A stretch of DNA of 64,000 nt. Source: Bigelowiella natans CCMP2755 (Eukaryota > Protista > Cercozoa). The notes beneath the pieces were generated by a model. It was not told the DNA's origin, did no database searches, and saw only the letters and a program-made list of their open reading frames with translations. Both the position numbers and the translations under genes were made by a program. The number at the start of each line of letters is the position of its first letter. Position 1 is the first letter of the stretch. The stretch lies in the NCBI GenBank assembly GCA_000320545.1, contig ADNK01001512.1, forward strand, positions 1 to 64,000, read 5' to 3'. Shown here piece by piece: positions 1 through 14,001 of this stretch.

Positions 1-128
1 AATACACACATACGCACTCACGAAGATTTATTGATCGATGACATCATCATTATCATCATCATAATTTTCGTTCCTCATACTTTTCAAACACACATACAAA
101 CACACGCACACGCACACGCACTTTTTAG

Positions 129-1703
129 GCGAACAACTTCAAGTGCAATGAAACGGTGCTACTAAAGTTATTAGATGCAGGATATTTTGAGGACGGAAAG
201 CTAAACAGACCAGGAGGAAGAGGAATAACGAGAAAGGGGAAGAACACGACTTGCGACGCATTTACGGTAGTAGTAGTAGTGCAGTAGTGCTAGCAGTTTG
301 CTGCTATACTTGTGCTGCTGTGATGGCGTATTTTTCACCAATTTGTTGGATGGTGGTACAATGTTCATCAATCTGATCATGGATGATCACTAAAGCGGCA
401 GCAGCGCACAACTCACCCTTGTAATCAATCAAATACACGTTACTACCGGTCCCCCTACTTCTCCTTCCTTCCCCCTTCTCCTACTACTACTTATACTACC
501 ACTACTCAGTGCCTTCTCAAAAGTCTCCTCATCGCTAAATCCAACAATCTTATCATCGTACGTGCCGTTTGTCGTAAAATTAAGAGGCAGCATCAAAGCA
601 AGGTAGTAGCAGTACAAACAACCACCACCAGCACCAGCAGCAGCAGCACCAGGAAAAGGAGAACAAAAAGAAGAAGAAGAAGATAGATATATTAATAACA
701 GTCACTATACTAAGCAGATGGTGATGATGCTGATGGTGTTGCCTGTTGTTGAGAATAATCTATGACATGATCAAGATGTATATTTATAAAGATGAGCAAA
801 CGCATATGAGGGGGGAGGGTTTAAATGTAATCTAGAGTCGCTGAAATGCTGATAGTTTTCTTCCAGGATTTCTTCCTCCTTTTTTCAATAATATAAATCC
901 AATCATCAACAACATTATCATCAGCATAATCACTGAACACCGACTTTATTATTATTAATATTATTATTCTTTGTTTCAGTTACACGCTGACTTGATTAAG
1001 CCGCTTCTTAACCTCGTTTATATGGGCAACGAATACGCACAAACGTACGCTTTCCAGGTGGTAGGAGTAGCTGTAGTTTTACGGATTCGAAGTGATGATA
1101 CTGACAGCAGGAACATGAGTATATTATACAAAGAAAACACAGTAAGGAAGGAGGCTGATGTTTCCCCTTTTTTTTACCTTGTGCTTCATTCATTGTCATC
1201 TTCCTTCTCATCTTTTTCTAAACACACTCAAGGCACTCTCAGCAACGTTAAAGGCGGGGCATACGGTGAATGGATGCTATTACGATGACCGAGGGGTGGA
1301 GATGGCTATGCACGTGGTACCTTAAAGAGGAGGAGGAGGAGAAGTAGAAAATAGGATGATTCTTAAATGTTGGTTAGGGAGGGGGAGGGGTTGTTACTTA
1401 AAAGAGTATCGTATTACGTCAGAATTATCATAATCATATCGATCCTCTCCCTTATTTTCATCACGAACAATAACCACAGCCAATACCTTCATTCACTCAA
1501 CAACAACAACAACAACCAACTTTAGATGTACACAAGTCCAAGTCGTGAGCTGGTGCAAGCTGCTGCTTCATATTTAGAGACGATAATATCCAAATTTAAA
1601 CCAAATGCGACCATTCGAAGAGTGTCTAAGATTTACTTTCTCGATAAACTTGTGGCTTTAATGGCTGTTCAGGTAGCTAGCTCTAGAAGCACCAGTAGCA
1701 GCC

Positions 1704-1734
<31 letters not shown>

Positions 1735-2121
1735 AGGGATAGTGGTTACATTGCCAACAGTGAATATTATATCTATCTTATATGCTTGTGTGTGCGCGCG
1801 TGTGTGTGTGTGTGTGCGTGTGTGTGCGTGTGTGCGGTATTGTTGTTGTCGATGGTGCGATCGATGTTATCGGTGTTGAAATAAGAGGAGGAAAATGTAG
1901 ATAGACTATCATTTGTTGTCATTTTAAGAACGAATTCCTTCTCTTGCGTGGCTGCTCTTTTGGCCAAAAGCTATTAGGCCAAAGACACGATGCACCTCTC
2001 CTATCATCTGTGGCTAAGCTTTTAATGCACGTCTCTTTGGAAAATGACGACGTATGATAGTGAATCACCTTTCTCATGCAGAACGTCTCTTTCAAGAATG
2101 ATTATAGTCTTCTTGTGATGG

Positions 2122-2156
<35 letters not shown>

Positions 2157-2722
2157 TGATGGTATGATAAATATGAGAGTTGCTACGTCTACCGATTCTC
2201 ATTATCGTGCTCTTTCTACTTTGTTGATATTATTTCTCACATCACATCAAATTCTCATATCTTACAGTTGTCATATCATCATCATCTCCTTCTGATCATG
2301 CTCATATGACTGCCATCAATCAGATTCTCTTATACCTGGTCACCAAAGGCTTGGTGAAAGAGCTCATAGCAATCATAGAGGTGAGTGTTCTCGATATTAA
2401 TGTCATCGTAGGTAGCTATGATTGTTTCAGACGTGTGTCGTAGTAGTTACCATGCTATACTAGACGTAATGCCAGCAATTTGTTCTCCTCCTCCTCCTCT
2501 GCTCATCCTTGCCCCCTCCTCCACCTTAGGATCATGAGAATTACTACCGCATCTTGACGCCCATCTCAGCTTGCCTTGGCACGATTATCTATAAGCTCTA
2601 TGATGAAAACAATATGAAATCGTTCAATTCCCACCTATTACAAGATAAGGAAGGCACAGGAGAGGTATCTGAATTCTGCAAGGACCTTCCAGTCTACTCA
2701 CAGGTCAATCTTCACACACACA

Positions 2723-2783
<61 letters not shown>

Positions 2784-3242
2784 TCTCATATCGACTATAC
2801 CCCCCTACTCCTCCCCCCTTCTCACTCGTTCTTTTATTTTCTCCGCCATAGCTTCGTGTAAGTACTGCTAACACCTTGTCGCAATGACTGTAGGTTCTCG
2901 TCACTACCCTTAAGGAAATGATGAATCCTGAGGGAATGCAAGTAATATTAATAATAACTACAATACCAATTCTTCTTGTTGATGTGCATGAAAACACTGC
3001 AAGACTTAGTCCATACACTACCTGCTGCGACATGTCTTTAATTTATATGTTATGCTATAGGTTGTTCTCAACTTGGTGATCGCTCTCAAGTATATCATAA
3101 AAATTGTTCCGAAAGAAGGGGAATTGGATGATAGCAAAAAAACGATAATGATGACCAACTGTCACTCTCAAAGTAGAAGAAAACTATTGACGGTCATACC
3201 TAACGTAACACCAGTTGCACACGTGCACACGTGCGCACACAC

Positions 3243-3290
<48 letters not shown>

Positions 3291-3729
3291 CAATATATAT
3301 TTCACATATATGTTAAATGGGATTCTGGAAACTGATTGTCGTTTTTCCAATTTTTCTTCTTCACATAGGATCTGGACAATCACTATGCCTTTGAGCATAT
3401 TCTTGCTCGCTGCATAAATATAGCATCTAGGGTAAGTCTATTACTATCGTGCTTTCTCTCGCAAGATTGTAGGAGCAAGTTGATTGATAAGTATGCATCA
3501 TGCAATATATGTGTCCTAGTGTCAGGATATTCTAGAGAAGTCCGAGGACGATGAGAAAATGGTTTTGGTCGGGTAATTATCCATTAAATTGAAGTCATAA
3601 CTACACCGTGCGCTCTGGTGACTTGAAATAACTCACCTGCTCAGAGTTGAAACGACGGCGAAAGAACTTCTACGTGAAATGGACAAAGCTTGGGTGGAAA
3701 ATATGACCGCTGGCAGAGAAAGAAAATGA
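129..3729 (+). CDS. 3' portion of a multi-exon gene for a hypothetical alpha-helical (ARM/HEAT-like) protein; 5' end lies outside the window
   Basis: A chain of GT-AG exons is phase-compatible: ANNFKCNETVLLKLL.., LHADLIKPLLNLVYMGNEYAQTYAFQ, MYTSPSRELVQAAASYLETII.., DHENYYRILTPISACLGTII.., ..ELLREMDKAWVENMTAGRERK*. Stop TGA at 3727-3729. The amphipathic helical pattern suggests the fold, but no family was recognised. Confidence 0.6.
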
Positions 3730-5291
3730 ATTTAATGCGTGAACGTCAGTTTACTATCGAACGGAAGAGTTTTTATCTTGTATGTAGCATGCATATGTCA
3801 TTATGTTATGTGTAGTATGCATGTGTCATCGATGTGCATCAACTGTGTCTAGGAGAGTCGCAAACTTTCTGACGGATGACAATGAACTAAACCGGTCCCC
3901 AGTGACACTACAAGCACCATGTTTATGTTGATGATGTGCTGCTGTGCCTTTGCGGTACGTGCAAATCAGTTGTGGGGGGGGGGGGGGGGGAAAAGCAGTG
4001 TGCATTGTCTTGAGCATGCTAGCATGCCCCGTCATTTCCGACCTGCTGCATTCTGCTAGCCTGCCCTGCATGAGTGCGACAAATGTTTCCACGACGAAAC
4101 TGCTTCACATGCAATTACATGTGAGTGCGATTAATTGCCCGTGTTAGAGCTCATTCTTCAGGATGAAAAAATTGCATACGAAAAAAAAAGGGATATTTTA
4201 GTTAAAATGTATATCATTTATTCATTTATTTGAATTATATATTTTATATTTTTGCTCGATCTGCAGCATCGTTGCACATATGCTGATGTAGGCAATGCAT
4301 GTGAGCGCTCGCGTTACAAAAATAATCGATCATAGTAATATTGTGCGCTGATCGATCTGCAGCACGTCGTACGTACACATTCTACACATGCTATGGACAT
4401 TATGCATTATGTGCCCGCAAGGCTGCTAATCAAAGATGCTTCGCAGTTACTTCGCATGCCATGGAGAATTAGGAAAACACGGAAAACTTATAGCTTTTAA
4501 ATATACAGACTTGTTACTTCGTATGCATAGAGCTGATGATTCAAATTTATCAAAATGGTTTGAGACGATGTACCCGCATCTTTGACGAATGATTCTTAAA
4601 TACAATTGAAGTACCAACCAATTACACAACAAAATGTGAACACAGTCGTTTTATTGGCAACATACGTCCCCTACCTACTGCTGAGGTAAAATTCCATCCT
4701 TCTTTCCTCGAAAGAAATGTGTCACCAGCTACACACGGCTGCAAGATTCTCAAAAAAATAGCTGCTGAGCTCGCTTCCCACCCACCCAAGATATCCCAAA
4801 AAGGCAACGTATTAACGACAGTAGAATACTCGATCGGCAAGAGAGCTTGGGATGATGGGGTTTGGAAAACAGATCTGCATATTGTATTTGCTGCTCATTA
4901 CCCTTACGTCAAGTTCCGCATTCAAGTACGATTTTGAATCGAGGCAGCATTCAGGGAGTAATATTTCTTCCTAATTCTTATTTTTTGTCAAAGTGACTTC
5001 TGAAAATTCCTTTGTTCCTTTTCAACTATTATCACCTTTGGCATTTAGACAACCGCATAAGGAGCCTCTTCTTAGGTGTCTCATCATCTCCAATGAACTA
5101 CCCCCAAAGCTATGTTGCTAAGTATCATTGTGTCTTCCATCTGCTGGGCACTCTTTCGCAAGTAGCCACCATATTGCCTTTACATCTTTAGTTATTACTT
5201 TTGTTCTATTCATAATTGCCATCTGTATCGTCTCGAAAGGCTCTGTGTTTTTGTAGCTTGATCTCTTAACTCAATTTTGGAACAGCCCATC

Positions 5292-5365
5292 GAGTTATTC
5301 TACCAATCTAGCCACAGTTTTATTATTTGAGTTATTCTACCAATCTAGCCACAGTTTTATTATTT
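5292..5365. repeat. Perfect tandem duplication of a 37-bp unit
   Basis: GAGTTATTCTACCAATCTAGCCACAGTTTTATTATTT occurs at 5292-5328 and 5329-5365. Confidence 0.9.
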
Positions 5366-5586
5366 GTTAGCCCCCATAACAACTCATTCTCTTGTTTATC
5401 CTTCTTATTTTCGCTGTTCTTGTAGTATATCTCAATCTTGTTGTTACTCTCATCAATATCGGCAGTATTGGAAGAAACACTAACGAAGTTGGCGTGAGTT
5501 TCATAGTGGTACGATACGTTTAACTGCACAAAATAGGGTAGTGCGCATGGCTTGAAGTGTAAGAAGGAAAATGAGGCACCACCAAA

Positions 5587-6260
5587 CTAGTCTTGATCGA
5601 AATCGCTGCCTGAATCAGAAGTGTCGAAAGATGATATAACAGCTTCAGCTTCAATAACTTCATCAGGTTCAAGATGAGATCTTGCAGCGGATAAGTCCTG
5701 AGAATTGTATCAAACAATTTTGGAGAATGAGTCCCGTGTTCACCTAATTTCTTCCTAAAACCTTACGCTGTCAGTAGAGTCGCCATCGTCATCATGGTAT
5801 TGTCCCACGCTACGACCGTTCCATTCATTAGCTGATGATGAGTTGCGACGTTGATTTTCTTTGTAGAGGTAAACCTTTTTCCAAGAAATTTGATATGAAG
5901 CAACCACGACAACTTTATCTATCAACCAATCAATCGATCTATCTATATATCTATCTATCTATTTATCTTTTTGGAATATTGTTCACCGGAAGGCTTGCGA
6001 TTACGATCGAGAAGAAGATAGCAGATTTCACACAGAAACTAAAGGCAGCAAGTAGGTGGTAAATAGCGGTAAAGCCAAGGTATAACGTTTTTACCTGGAA
6101 ATGGGAATCATACAACATAGATTTAAGTATGAAGGAAAGAATGCATTTATGAGGTAATTTGTAGTACCAACGCAGATCCATAGTTGAGAGACAAAATGGC
6201 GCAGATGGCGTATTTGATACATAACCCATAAGGGGAGGGCATGGATGGAACTGCTACTTC
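5587..6260 (-). CDS. Hypothetical small membrane protein (3' exons only; 5' end unresolved)
   Basis: Phase-0 exons join as ..YGLCIKYAICAILSLNYGSAL|VKTLYLGFTAIYHLLAAFSFCVKSAIFFSIVIASLP|VYLYKENQRR..DDDGDSTDS|DLSAARSHLEPDEVIEAE..DFDQD*. Hydrophobic segments are followed by an acidic tail. Confidence 0.4.
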
Positions 6261-6737
6261 TTGAAACAATTTTAGGGTTACAATTTAGACTGTTCTGTTG
6301 TTCTCTCCTGGTCTATTCTGCTTCTCCTCCTCCTCCTCCTCTCCCATCTCATGCATCCATTACCACCACCTCCGCTTTGCTTTCCGTTCATCGAAGTAGT
6401 TGGTTGTTTGTTGTCGTTGTCGCTATTACCAGATACGACTGGCTCGCCTACCATTATTTAGGGGGAAATTGCCTACGTTTATGCATTCTTGGTTTTTTTT
6501 GCTTGTCGTATTTTATGATTCCTGGAAGCATCCAGTGCTACAACAAATCTTGGAAAGAGGAAGACGATCATGATCATCCGACTTAATAAAATTCAAATAT
6601 ATATGTTCGTTGTCGCATCCAAGTGATACCATTCTGAATAAGTACGACGACATAGATTTACAAGCTTAAAGAAAGAAAGATATAAACGAAGAATCCGGAT
6701 GCGCCATCGCGGGCTCCAACACTGAAACACAATTAAC

Positions 6738-7166
6738 ATGGCCTCTGAGAGAAATGATGACGATGAGGTCACCCAAAAAATAATGAACCGAATATGTAGA
6801 GAATGTAATTATTAAGACAACTGATACTGCGTGATGATATGATACGGGTGGTGGTGTTCTCTAGCGAAAGGATATTAATAATGGGGAAACTATTGGTAAG
6901 CGCTCAAATTACTCATCTCAGAAAGCGCGCCCCTTACTGTGGGATGGTAACAACCCTTCGGCAGGACATGGAGGCAGCAACATAGATTCATTGAGATCCA
7001 AGTTTAATCTATATTCAAACTCGTCTAAGGTTCCACAGCCTTTGGAATATATAAGAAAAAATATACATGTTTATAAATGTATGGATGCATATAAAATAGA
7101 GAGTGAAAGAGAGAGAGAGGGAAGGGGGGGGTGGGAGGGGTGAATTATAAATATTATGTATAAATT

Positions 7167-7208
<42 letters not shown>

Positions 7209-10200
7209 TTTGCATGTTCTGTCTTGTTGGTTGCAGGAAGTCGATGTTTCAATATCTGCTGGTGCTTTAATGGTTGGCAAGATTCGATATGATGTCAAAG
7301 ATATTGTCGGAGCAACTACCACCAAGAACGGTAAAATATTACTCTTTAAACTAATTTATTCGACTTTCATAATTACCATTATTGCTGATCTAAACACGAT
7401 TGGGAAACCAGGATTTGTAGTTCACTCGTACCCTAAAGCAGCGGGGGGGTGCTGCAGTAGCGGTGGAGCTCGATCATACAAATCCATAAGGCTTTTTTGC
7501 AGAGATTCAAACGTAATATCGGAAGTCGCTTTTCTCGGATAGAACAGTAGTAACAACTAAGAAAAATTGTCCATTTTATTTCTCTCAGAAATCGCAAATG
7601 TGGGTTACAAGTATTTGCCGTTTCGCAAGGTAAGATTTTCATACGACGATTACCACACTGCATCTGTCAACCCATTCATTTCATTGTTAATCGTGATCAT
7701 CATCATCTCTATGACTCCTCCTCTTCTTCCAAGGGATCTACCTCCGGGATCGAATCCTCCAGGTAATTCAGTACTACAAAAAGAAGAAGAAGAAGAAGAA
7801 GAAGAAGAAGAAGAGCCATTGGTAGAAGGATGGGAATATCCTTCATATACTACTCGCAACAACGGTGAAAAATCTTTGTAGTCTCAAACGGTTGGTTTGG
7901 ATTCATGATAGGTGTGAGAAAGATGCTATGCTACGTTAATCCGTTTTCCGGGACTGGTTCTGCGCCTCAGGTGCTGCTGTTCCTATTATGACATAAAAGA
8001 GTTACTAACACATGCCATTAACTGAGATAATAATACTACCTTTGATTCGGCAACACTTGTGGTGAAAATAGTAAGATTACTAACTACATTCATAACCACT
8101 CTCTTCCATTCAGATGATGGAAAGGGCTAAACCCATGTTCCAACATGCTGGAATAGAGCCAACGGTACCAATGCTTCAAGCATATTCAGAATACTAATCG
8201 CTTTTCGAACTTGTAATTGTTGCCTCAAGTAGCTATTATGAACTGTTGCATTGTGTGCGGGAACATAACTTTATCCGCAAGATTTAATAAATGTTACTTG
8301 AAACACAAGTGCACTTGATCGTTGATTGAGAAGTTAAACGAAGATTCATTCTTCTTCCTCCTCCTGCATATAAATCCTCAGATTATTGAGACCAAAAAAG
8401 CAAATCAGGTGCGAGAGGATATTGCCAAACTGAATCTCGAAGGTCGCTCACTACTGCTAAATGTCAATCACATTAAATCCATATTAGTGAACATTCGTCG
8501 TTTGTTGTTTGATTTTGGTGGTATGCGTGTATACTAGAGTGGGATGGTGTTATTATCGTAAGCGGAGACGGCCTTGTTGTGGAATACATCAATGGAATTA
8601 TGGATAGAAAGGACTGGGGTACTAGTAGTAGTAGTTTTAGCCTGTGCATAGTTGGTTTTATTGAGACACTACTGCGAATACCAGACCGCCATTTCTTCTA
8701 ACACTGGATTATTATAGCGGCATCAGCTTTATTTTATCGATCACACGTGAAGCAGACAGCTATTTATTTCTTTCGATAATGTTTTGCCTCTTTATGAAAA
8801 CAGAATCTGCCATTGCACGGCCTTTTGGGGTCATTCCTGGAGGCTCTGGAAACGGACTCGTGTACTACTAGCCAACTAGCAGTAGATGATGATTATCATT
8901 AAACCTTTATGACGAATCTTCACCTTCGAGATGACAAAGAAAATGGATATACATTCTGTATACTAAAAGGCACTCTTTTAACCACGTTGCTGAAGAGGCT
9001 ATAGACGAAATCTCTTCTATATTCCACATATTAAAAGGTGGTTTTAGTCTTCCATCTTGGTCTATATTCATTTCAATCGTAACATTTAATATCATGCTGC
9101 ATCAGGCAAAACGCATAGATTGGACTTGCTATCGTACGAGATTTCAGGGGGGGCACAGAGCTCCTCCTCCTCCTCCTCCTCCTCCTCCTCACCATCATCA
9201 CCATCATCATCAGTCGTTGTCTATGGCTTCCTTTCACTGGCATGGTCATTCCACAATTACCAATAGCCTTTATTATGTTGTTTCACCTTTGCTGGTGGCG
9301 CTGCTGCTGCAACGACAAAGATTGATGATGTGGCTGACACTAGATATTGGCAGAGAATGCAGATTACAAGATATATTTGATGACATTTGTATTGATCTTT
9401 GTTACTCCGCCTCTCTGCAACAACGCCATGGTTCACTTTATTAATTAATGCAGGGGCCTCATCGCAGACATCGATTTAAATTCCGAAGTGATTCGATGCT
9501 GTGGGTCTGCACGTTTTACACTCTGGGCTATCTTTCGGTTGTGGCTGTTCTAAAAGTTATCAGGCCACATTAAAGTACGAATCATCTTAGAGGGGGAGGA
9601 GGTGGAGGAGGAGGAGAGATAATTTTCTGTTCTCATTGATAGTCTCCGTATTTGTCGTCGTTCCATAGTTATGAATGCCCACCGTCGTGTGAATCAGCAG
9701 CACCGATGATGCGCAATGCACCATGATGATGTTGTCCTTTTTATTTTAACTACGCAAATATTTGTATCCCGTAAATTTGACTATTCCAGCACTTCTTACT
9801 AGGCCCAAGAAGGAAGAATAGAACCATGTTCTCTTCTGTCGTCGTTATTTCCGCTATCATTATGACCATTATCACTTTGAACAGGTATACACCCTCGGGA
9901 GAAGGTTGGAAATATGGAAGTTCCAATAACAGTAGAGAGCAAGGGATCCATACACTTAAAACCCTACGCAACAGGAAGACAGTTGTCACCAATGAGCCTA
10001 AATCTGCTAATTCGATAAATGACGGCCAACCAGAAGCAGCAGCAGAGCAAAAGATTCCAAGTGGTAACATGGATATCCAACATAATGTCGTCGTCTCCCA
10101 CCGTCATAATCGCCATTATGCATTCACAACTGGTTTAGCTGCTTACAATCTGCTGCAATTATGATGATTCAGGTGGAAGAAGTAGTAGGCCAATGTCGGA

Positions 10201-10552
10201 GACTGTTGCCTGCAAGATTTTTACTCTGATTTATGCAAGTTCACCTCCACGAGTTTCAGATGAAATATTGTTAGCCCCTAAAGCAAAGTTGGATGATGGG
10301 AAAATACATTTGAGCTACCTTGAGGGGTCGAATTGTTGTTCCACACTATGTGGGTTGTTAAGACTAGAAGATGGGACTCATGAGAAGGATCCCAGATTCA
10401 AATCCATACAGGTTGATCAATTCAGAGTGGAAACCGATTCAAAAACTGCTGCAGCCCTTTACTCACTCGATGGAGAGCGTTTGGATACTAACGGAGCTGT
10501 AACTGTTCGCATACATCCCAAGGTTCTGAATGTCTTTTGCATAGGAAATTAA
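6738..10552 (+). CDS. SPHK: Sphingosine kinase (DAGKc family), multi-exon
   Basis: Spliced motifs YVNPFSGTG, VIIVSGDGLVVEYING, PFGVIPGGSGNGL, GLIADIDLNSEVIR, APKAKLDDGKIHL and YSLDGE match the SPHK conserved regions. Candidate ATG at 6738, stop TAA ending 10552. Confidence 0.88.
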
Positions 10553-11071
10553 ACTGGAATTGGCGCAAGTTATTACGTTTGAATAAATTACTTTTATAGG
10601 TTGCATTTTATGTTCGTCTTGTTGTAGATGCACACATATGCAGAACGTAGTAAAATAGCGCCGAATTTGTACCAATCGCACTTGATACGATGATCCATAC
10701 ACACGATTTATTTATCGTCGTTGCTAGATCGAATGCAGTTCGTGCACACGCACAAGAGTGTACACTTTTACATTTGCAACGGCAGCTTGCGGCCAATTAC
10801 ACGCGGCGAATCGTGAACCGAAGGAAATGACTAAAGGCTTCCAGATGCGCACAATGCTCTACTGTGTATGTGCATGTACATGTATACATGCATGCACATG
10901 GCTTGCATGAGTTCATCTGTACAAAATCGCTTCCATTCCATGCATTTCAATCTGTGTGTAGACTCATCAATTCATAGCTTTGTTGGAGAGCCTGACAACT
11001 TTTACGTCGTGTTACGCACGAGTCACTCGATCACAATCAGATGATAACGATGTTGAAACTGTGCCATCTAG

Positions 11072-12248
11072 TTACTTCTTCATTGCCCCCTGCACATGTG
11101 GCAGCTTCACCCAATCGTTGATGGTGTACTGAGGCTTGTAGATTGACAGCATGAGTTCGCTTGTCTTTGCAACCACCGGCCGATATGTTTTTTTTTTTTT
11201 TTCGCACATGTTGACTGTTTCCAGTAAACTGTTGGCGAAGAGTTTTGACATGCCGAAACCCATCAGAGCTCCAACCCACGCCGCACCCGGTACTTCCTTG
11301 ATCTTGATTTCATATCCAACAGCTTTTGATAGCTTAGCGATCTGATCTTGGAACGAAGTCATTTCAGGGCCATGCAACTCGATTTTTTTGGCAGCGATAA
11401 ACTTCTTAAGAGTTTCACTGTCCGAGGCAAGAATTTCAGCAGCAGCATTGCCAACGTCTCTGGTATCGATGAAGGGATTTTTTGCATCCCCTTTCACGGG
11501 CCACGACATTGTTCCCGCTGCTTTCATTTCCCCTGCTGAACTAAGAATGTTATCCATGAACCAGTTTGGGTTCAGATCGACCACGGGATGTCCATGAACC
11601 TCAATGTTTCCTTCGATGGACGAGTGCGCACGAGCATACACATTGCGAGTTCCTATTCCAATGACGGAAGTGTTAGCGATATATGAACCGAACACGTCAA
11701 CTCTACTTCAACCCCCAGCCATCCTTGTTATCTCTTCATCGTAAGCAACGACTTCCTCAATCCTCCCCCCCTTCCCTCATTACTATAAATTTTACCACGC
11801 CAATGAGAAAATTTTACAAGATACCTCTATGAATGAGACAAGAGTAAGTAGAAATGCGAACGATGCCCTCTACGTTTGCCCTTTTGCACGCAAGCAGGAA
11901 ATCGCACTCATAATCGTATTGTTCATGCTTGCCAGGACCACACACCAGCATTGCACGGCTGACGCCTTCAAGGGCTGCATCCATTGACTTCTCGTCTCCG
12001 AAATCGCCTTTCACAATAGTCACATTCGGCAGATTGCCAAGCATCTTCTTCGCTTTCTCGACATTACGAGCCATGGCTCTGACAGAGATGTTACCTGTAC
12101 GTGATAGAGAAGTTTTCTAGTCTTAGAACATGGCGATGCTGCAACTATTAGAGGGCAAACCTTTTTTCGAAAGTGCCATGACTGCCTTCGATCCTGTATT
12201 TGCGGTCGCTGAGGCGACGAGCACGGTGAGTTTCCCCTCGGAAGACAT
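11072..12248 (-). CDS. NmrA-like NAD(P)-binding oxidoreductase (atypical SDR), 3 exons
   Basis: Spliced product MSSEGKLTVLVASATANTGSKAV..|GNISVRAMARN..VTIVKGDF..ALEGV..|GTRNVYARAH..LNPNWFMDN..FIDTRDVGNAAAEIL..ELHGPE. Introns start GTTTGC and GTATCT and are phase-compatible. Confidence 0.85.
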
Positions 12249-12442
12249 TGTTAGATTCAATGGATTTGGCTGGTGTGCGGATTCTGTTCCACGGATAGGA
12301 GATATTTTGGGCATACTTAATAAAATGCATGGGGAATTTGTCCTACGACAATTACAACATCTGAGAAACTTTTCTTCTTGCGCACTTCGCATGTGCGACC
12401 ATGATGTCGTACCCCAATGTTAACAGGTCATTTTTTTGACAG

Positions 12443-13330
12443 CGGCGCGCGATGCGGTGATGGGCGGGGGAGCGTTTAGTTCCTGGACACCGGTGGGATG
12501 GACAGACATGTCGCCCCAGCCACCGGTGATTAGGTAGCCAGGCGAAGGATGTGTGGATCTGTGTTCAAGATTCAAAGTTGCATTCGGAAAAAAAATTGGT
12601 GCGATGCGGCAATGGGCGGGGGGGTTGGTCACCTCCTGCCCCTGAACCACATTCCTGGTCACTGGTGGGGTAGACAGACTTGTCGCCCCAGACACCGGTG
12701 ACTCGATAGCCACATGAAGGATGTGTGGATCTGCATTCAAGATTCAAAGTTGCATTCGCCGAATTGGCACTGGGTGGTGGGTTTTTCGGTCACGAGGGTG
12801 GCTTTTCCCCTCCCTGCACCACATTCCTGTTCACCGGTGGGGCAGGCCACCGGAGAATTGGATGCCAAGTGAAGCCTTTTCGGATCTGTGTCCAAGATTC
12901 ACCCTGGATGAATCCCATCAGGATGAAGGTGTCCTCCTCAAACTTTGTGCCCTCCAGGCAATGTCTCCATTGGGCCGGGGATGTTGTGGTTGGCGTGAAG
13001 TTGGTGCTTCCAATTGCAATGATGGGGGCTTTGTCTCCGCAAAAGCCGGGGATGCTGTGGTCATTGCGAAGCTCGCTGTCCAAATGGACTAGGAACGAAG
13101 AATGCATCCTCCTCCATTTTCATGCCTTCCAGTGAGGGCAATGTCTCCGCAAAAGCCGGGGATGTTGTGGCAGATGTGAAGCAGACCACGAAGGTGTGGT
13201 CCATGGGATTGTGCTCTTGGGGGTCGCAGGTGTGGTGTTCTTGCTTGGTGATCTCCAAGCATGAGCAAACCATCACGACAGGATTCAGGGATGCGTGATC
13301 CTGAAGTTGGCAAACACCAGGCACTCAAAA
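12443..13330. repeat. Degenerate dispersed repeat family A, copy 1 (internal ~160-190 bp subrepeats), TpA-eroded
   Basis: Recurrent blocks GCGATGCGG[TA/CA/TG]ATGGGCGGGG, TGTCGCCCCAG.CACCGGTGA, GGATCTGCATTCAAG and TGTCTCCGCAAAAGCCGGGGATG are shared with 19230-19741. Confidence 0.75.
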
Positions 13331-13579
13331 CAACAAAACTGGGAACGGAGGAGTGGCCACAATGCCATTCTTGATTCCTTTTGGTTTCACCAGATGGTCC
13401 TCACTGAAGTCAGTTCGAGGCACTGCGTTTCGCACACTGCAAGTGTCTTGTCACACTTTGGAAGTGTGGTTCTTCATCATTGTTCTCATTGTTCTCATTG
13501 TTCGACGCCGTGGGGGAATCCGGGAATGAGTGAACAACAAACGAATGAAGCATCCTTCTGATTGCCGAACGGGAAGACC

Positions 13580-14001
13580 TGCGACAACTGAGAGCAACCT
13601 CCCAGTGTCGGCTCCTGTCTCTGCCAAACTGGCAAGCTCGTCGCCGCTCACTCAGCAAAAACAATCAAACTTTCCAATGAACAATGAAACCCTGATGACA
13701 TTGGTGACTTCAGAACACACGCATGTGCACGCTCAAACAAACACACTGACCGCTTTCAAACTTCTAGCGAACTGACTGCTGGATGCGGGTTCGCTGCCAT
13801 TGACTGATCGAGGCAGCCACGTGCACACAAACTTGGTTTTCCCAAACCACTTGCTTCCCATTTGATGACTCAATTTGCTCATCAACTGACAGCACCAACT
13901 GAACCCAAAACTGCCAAAACTGCAGGGCATTTCAACGGGATCAACTTGACTCAATTGACCACTTTCAACGGTCAAATTCCTTTGAACTTTCCGCCGTCAC
14001 A
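13580..14001 (-). repeat. 3' LTR
   Basis: Minus-strand TGTGAC...GTCGCA, directly after the polypurine tract. Confidence 0.92.

Noticed and set aside
4447-5290. Coding-like minus-strand fragments
   Set aside because: I could not build a consistent exon chain or recognise a family.
12443-13330. Subrepeats as a possible CRISPR-like array or intact gene
   Set aside because: The units are long, degenerate and irregular, with no unique spacers. The frames are broken and the context is eukaryotic.
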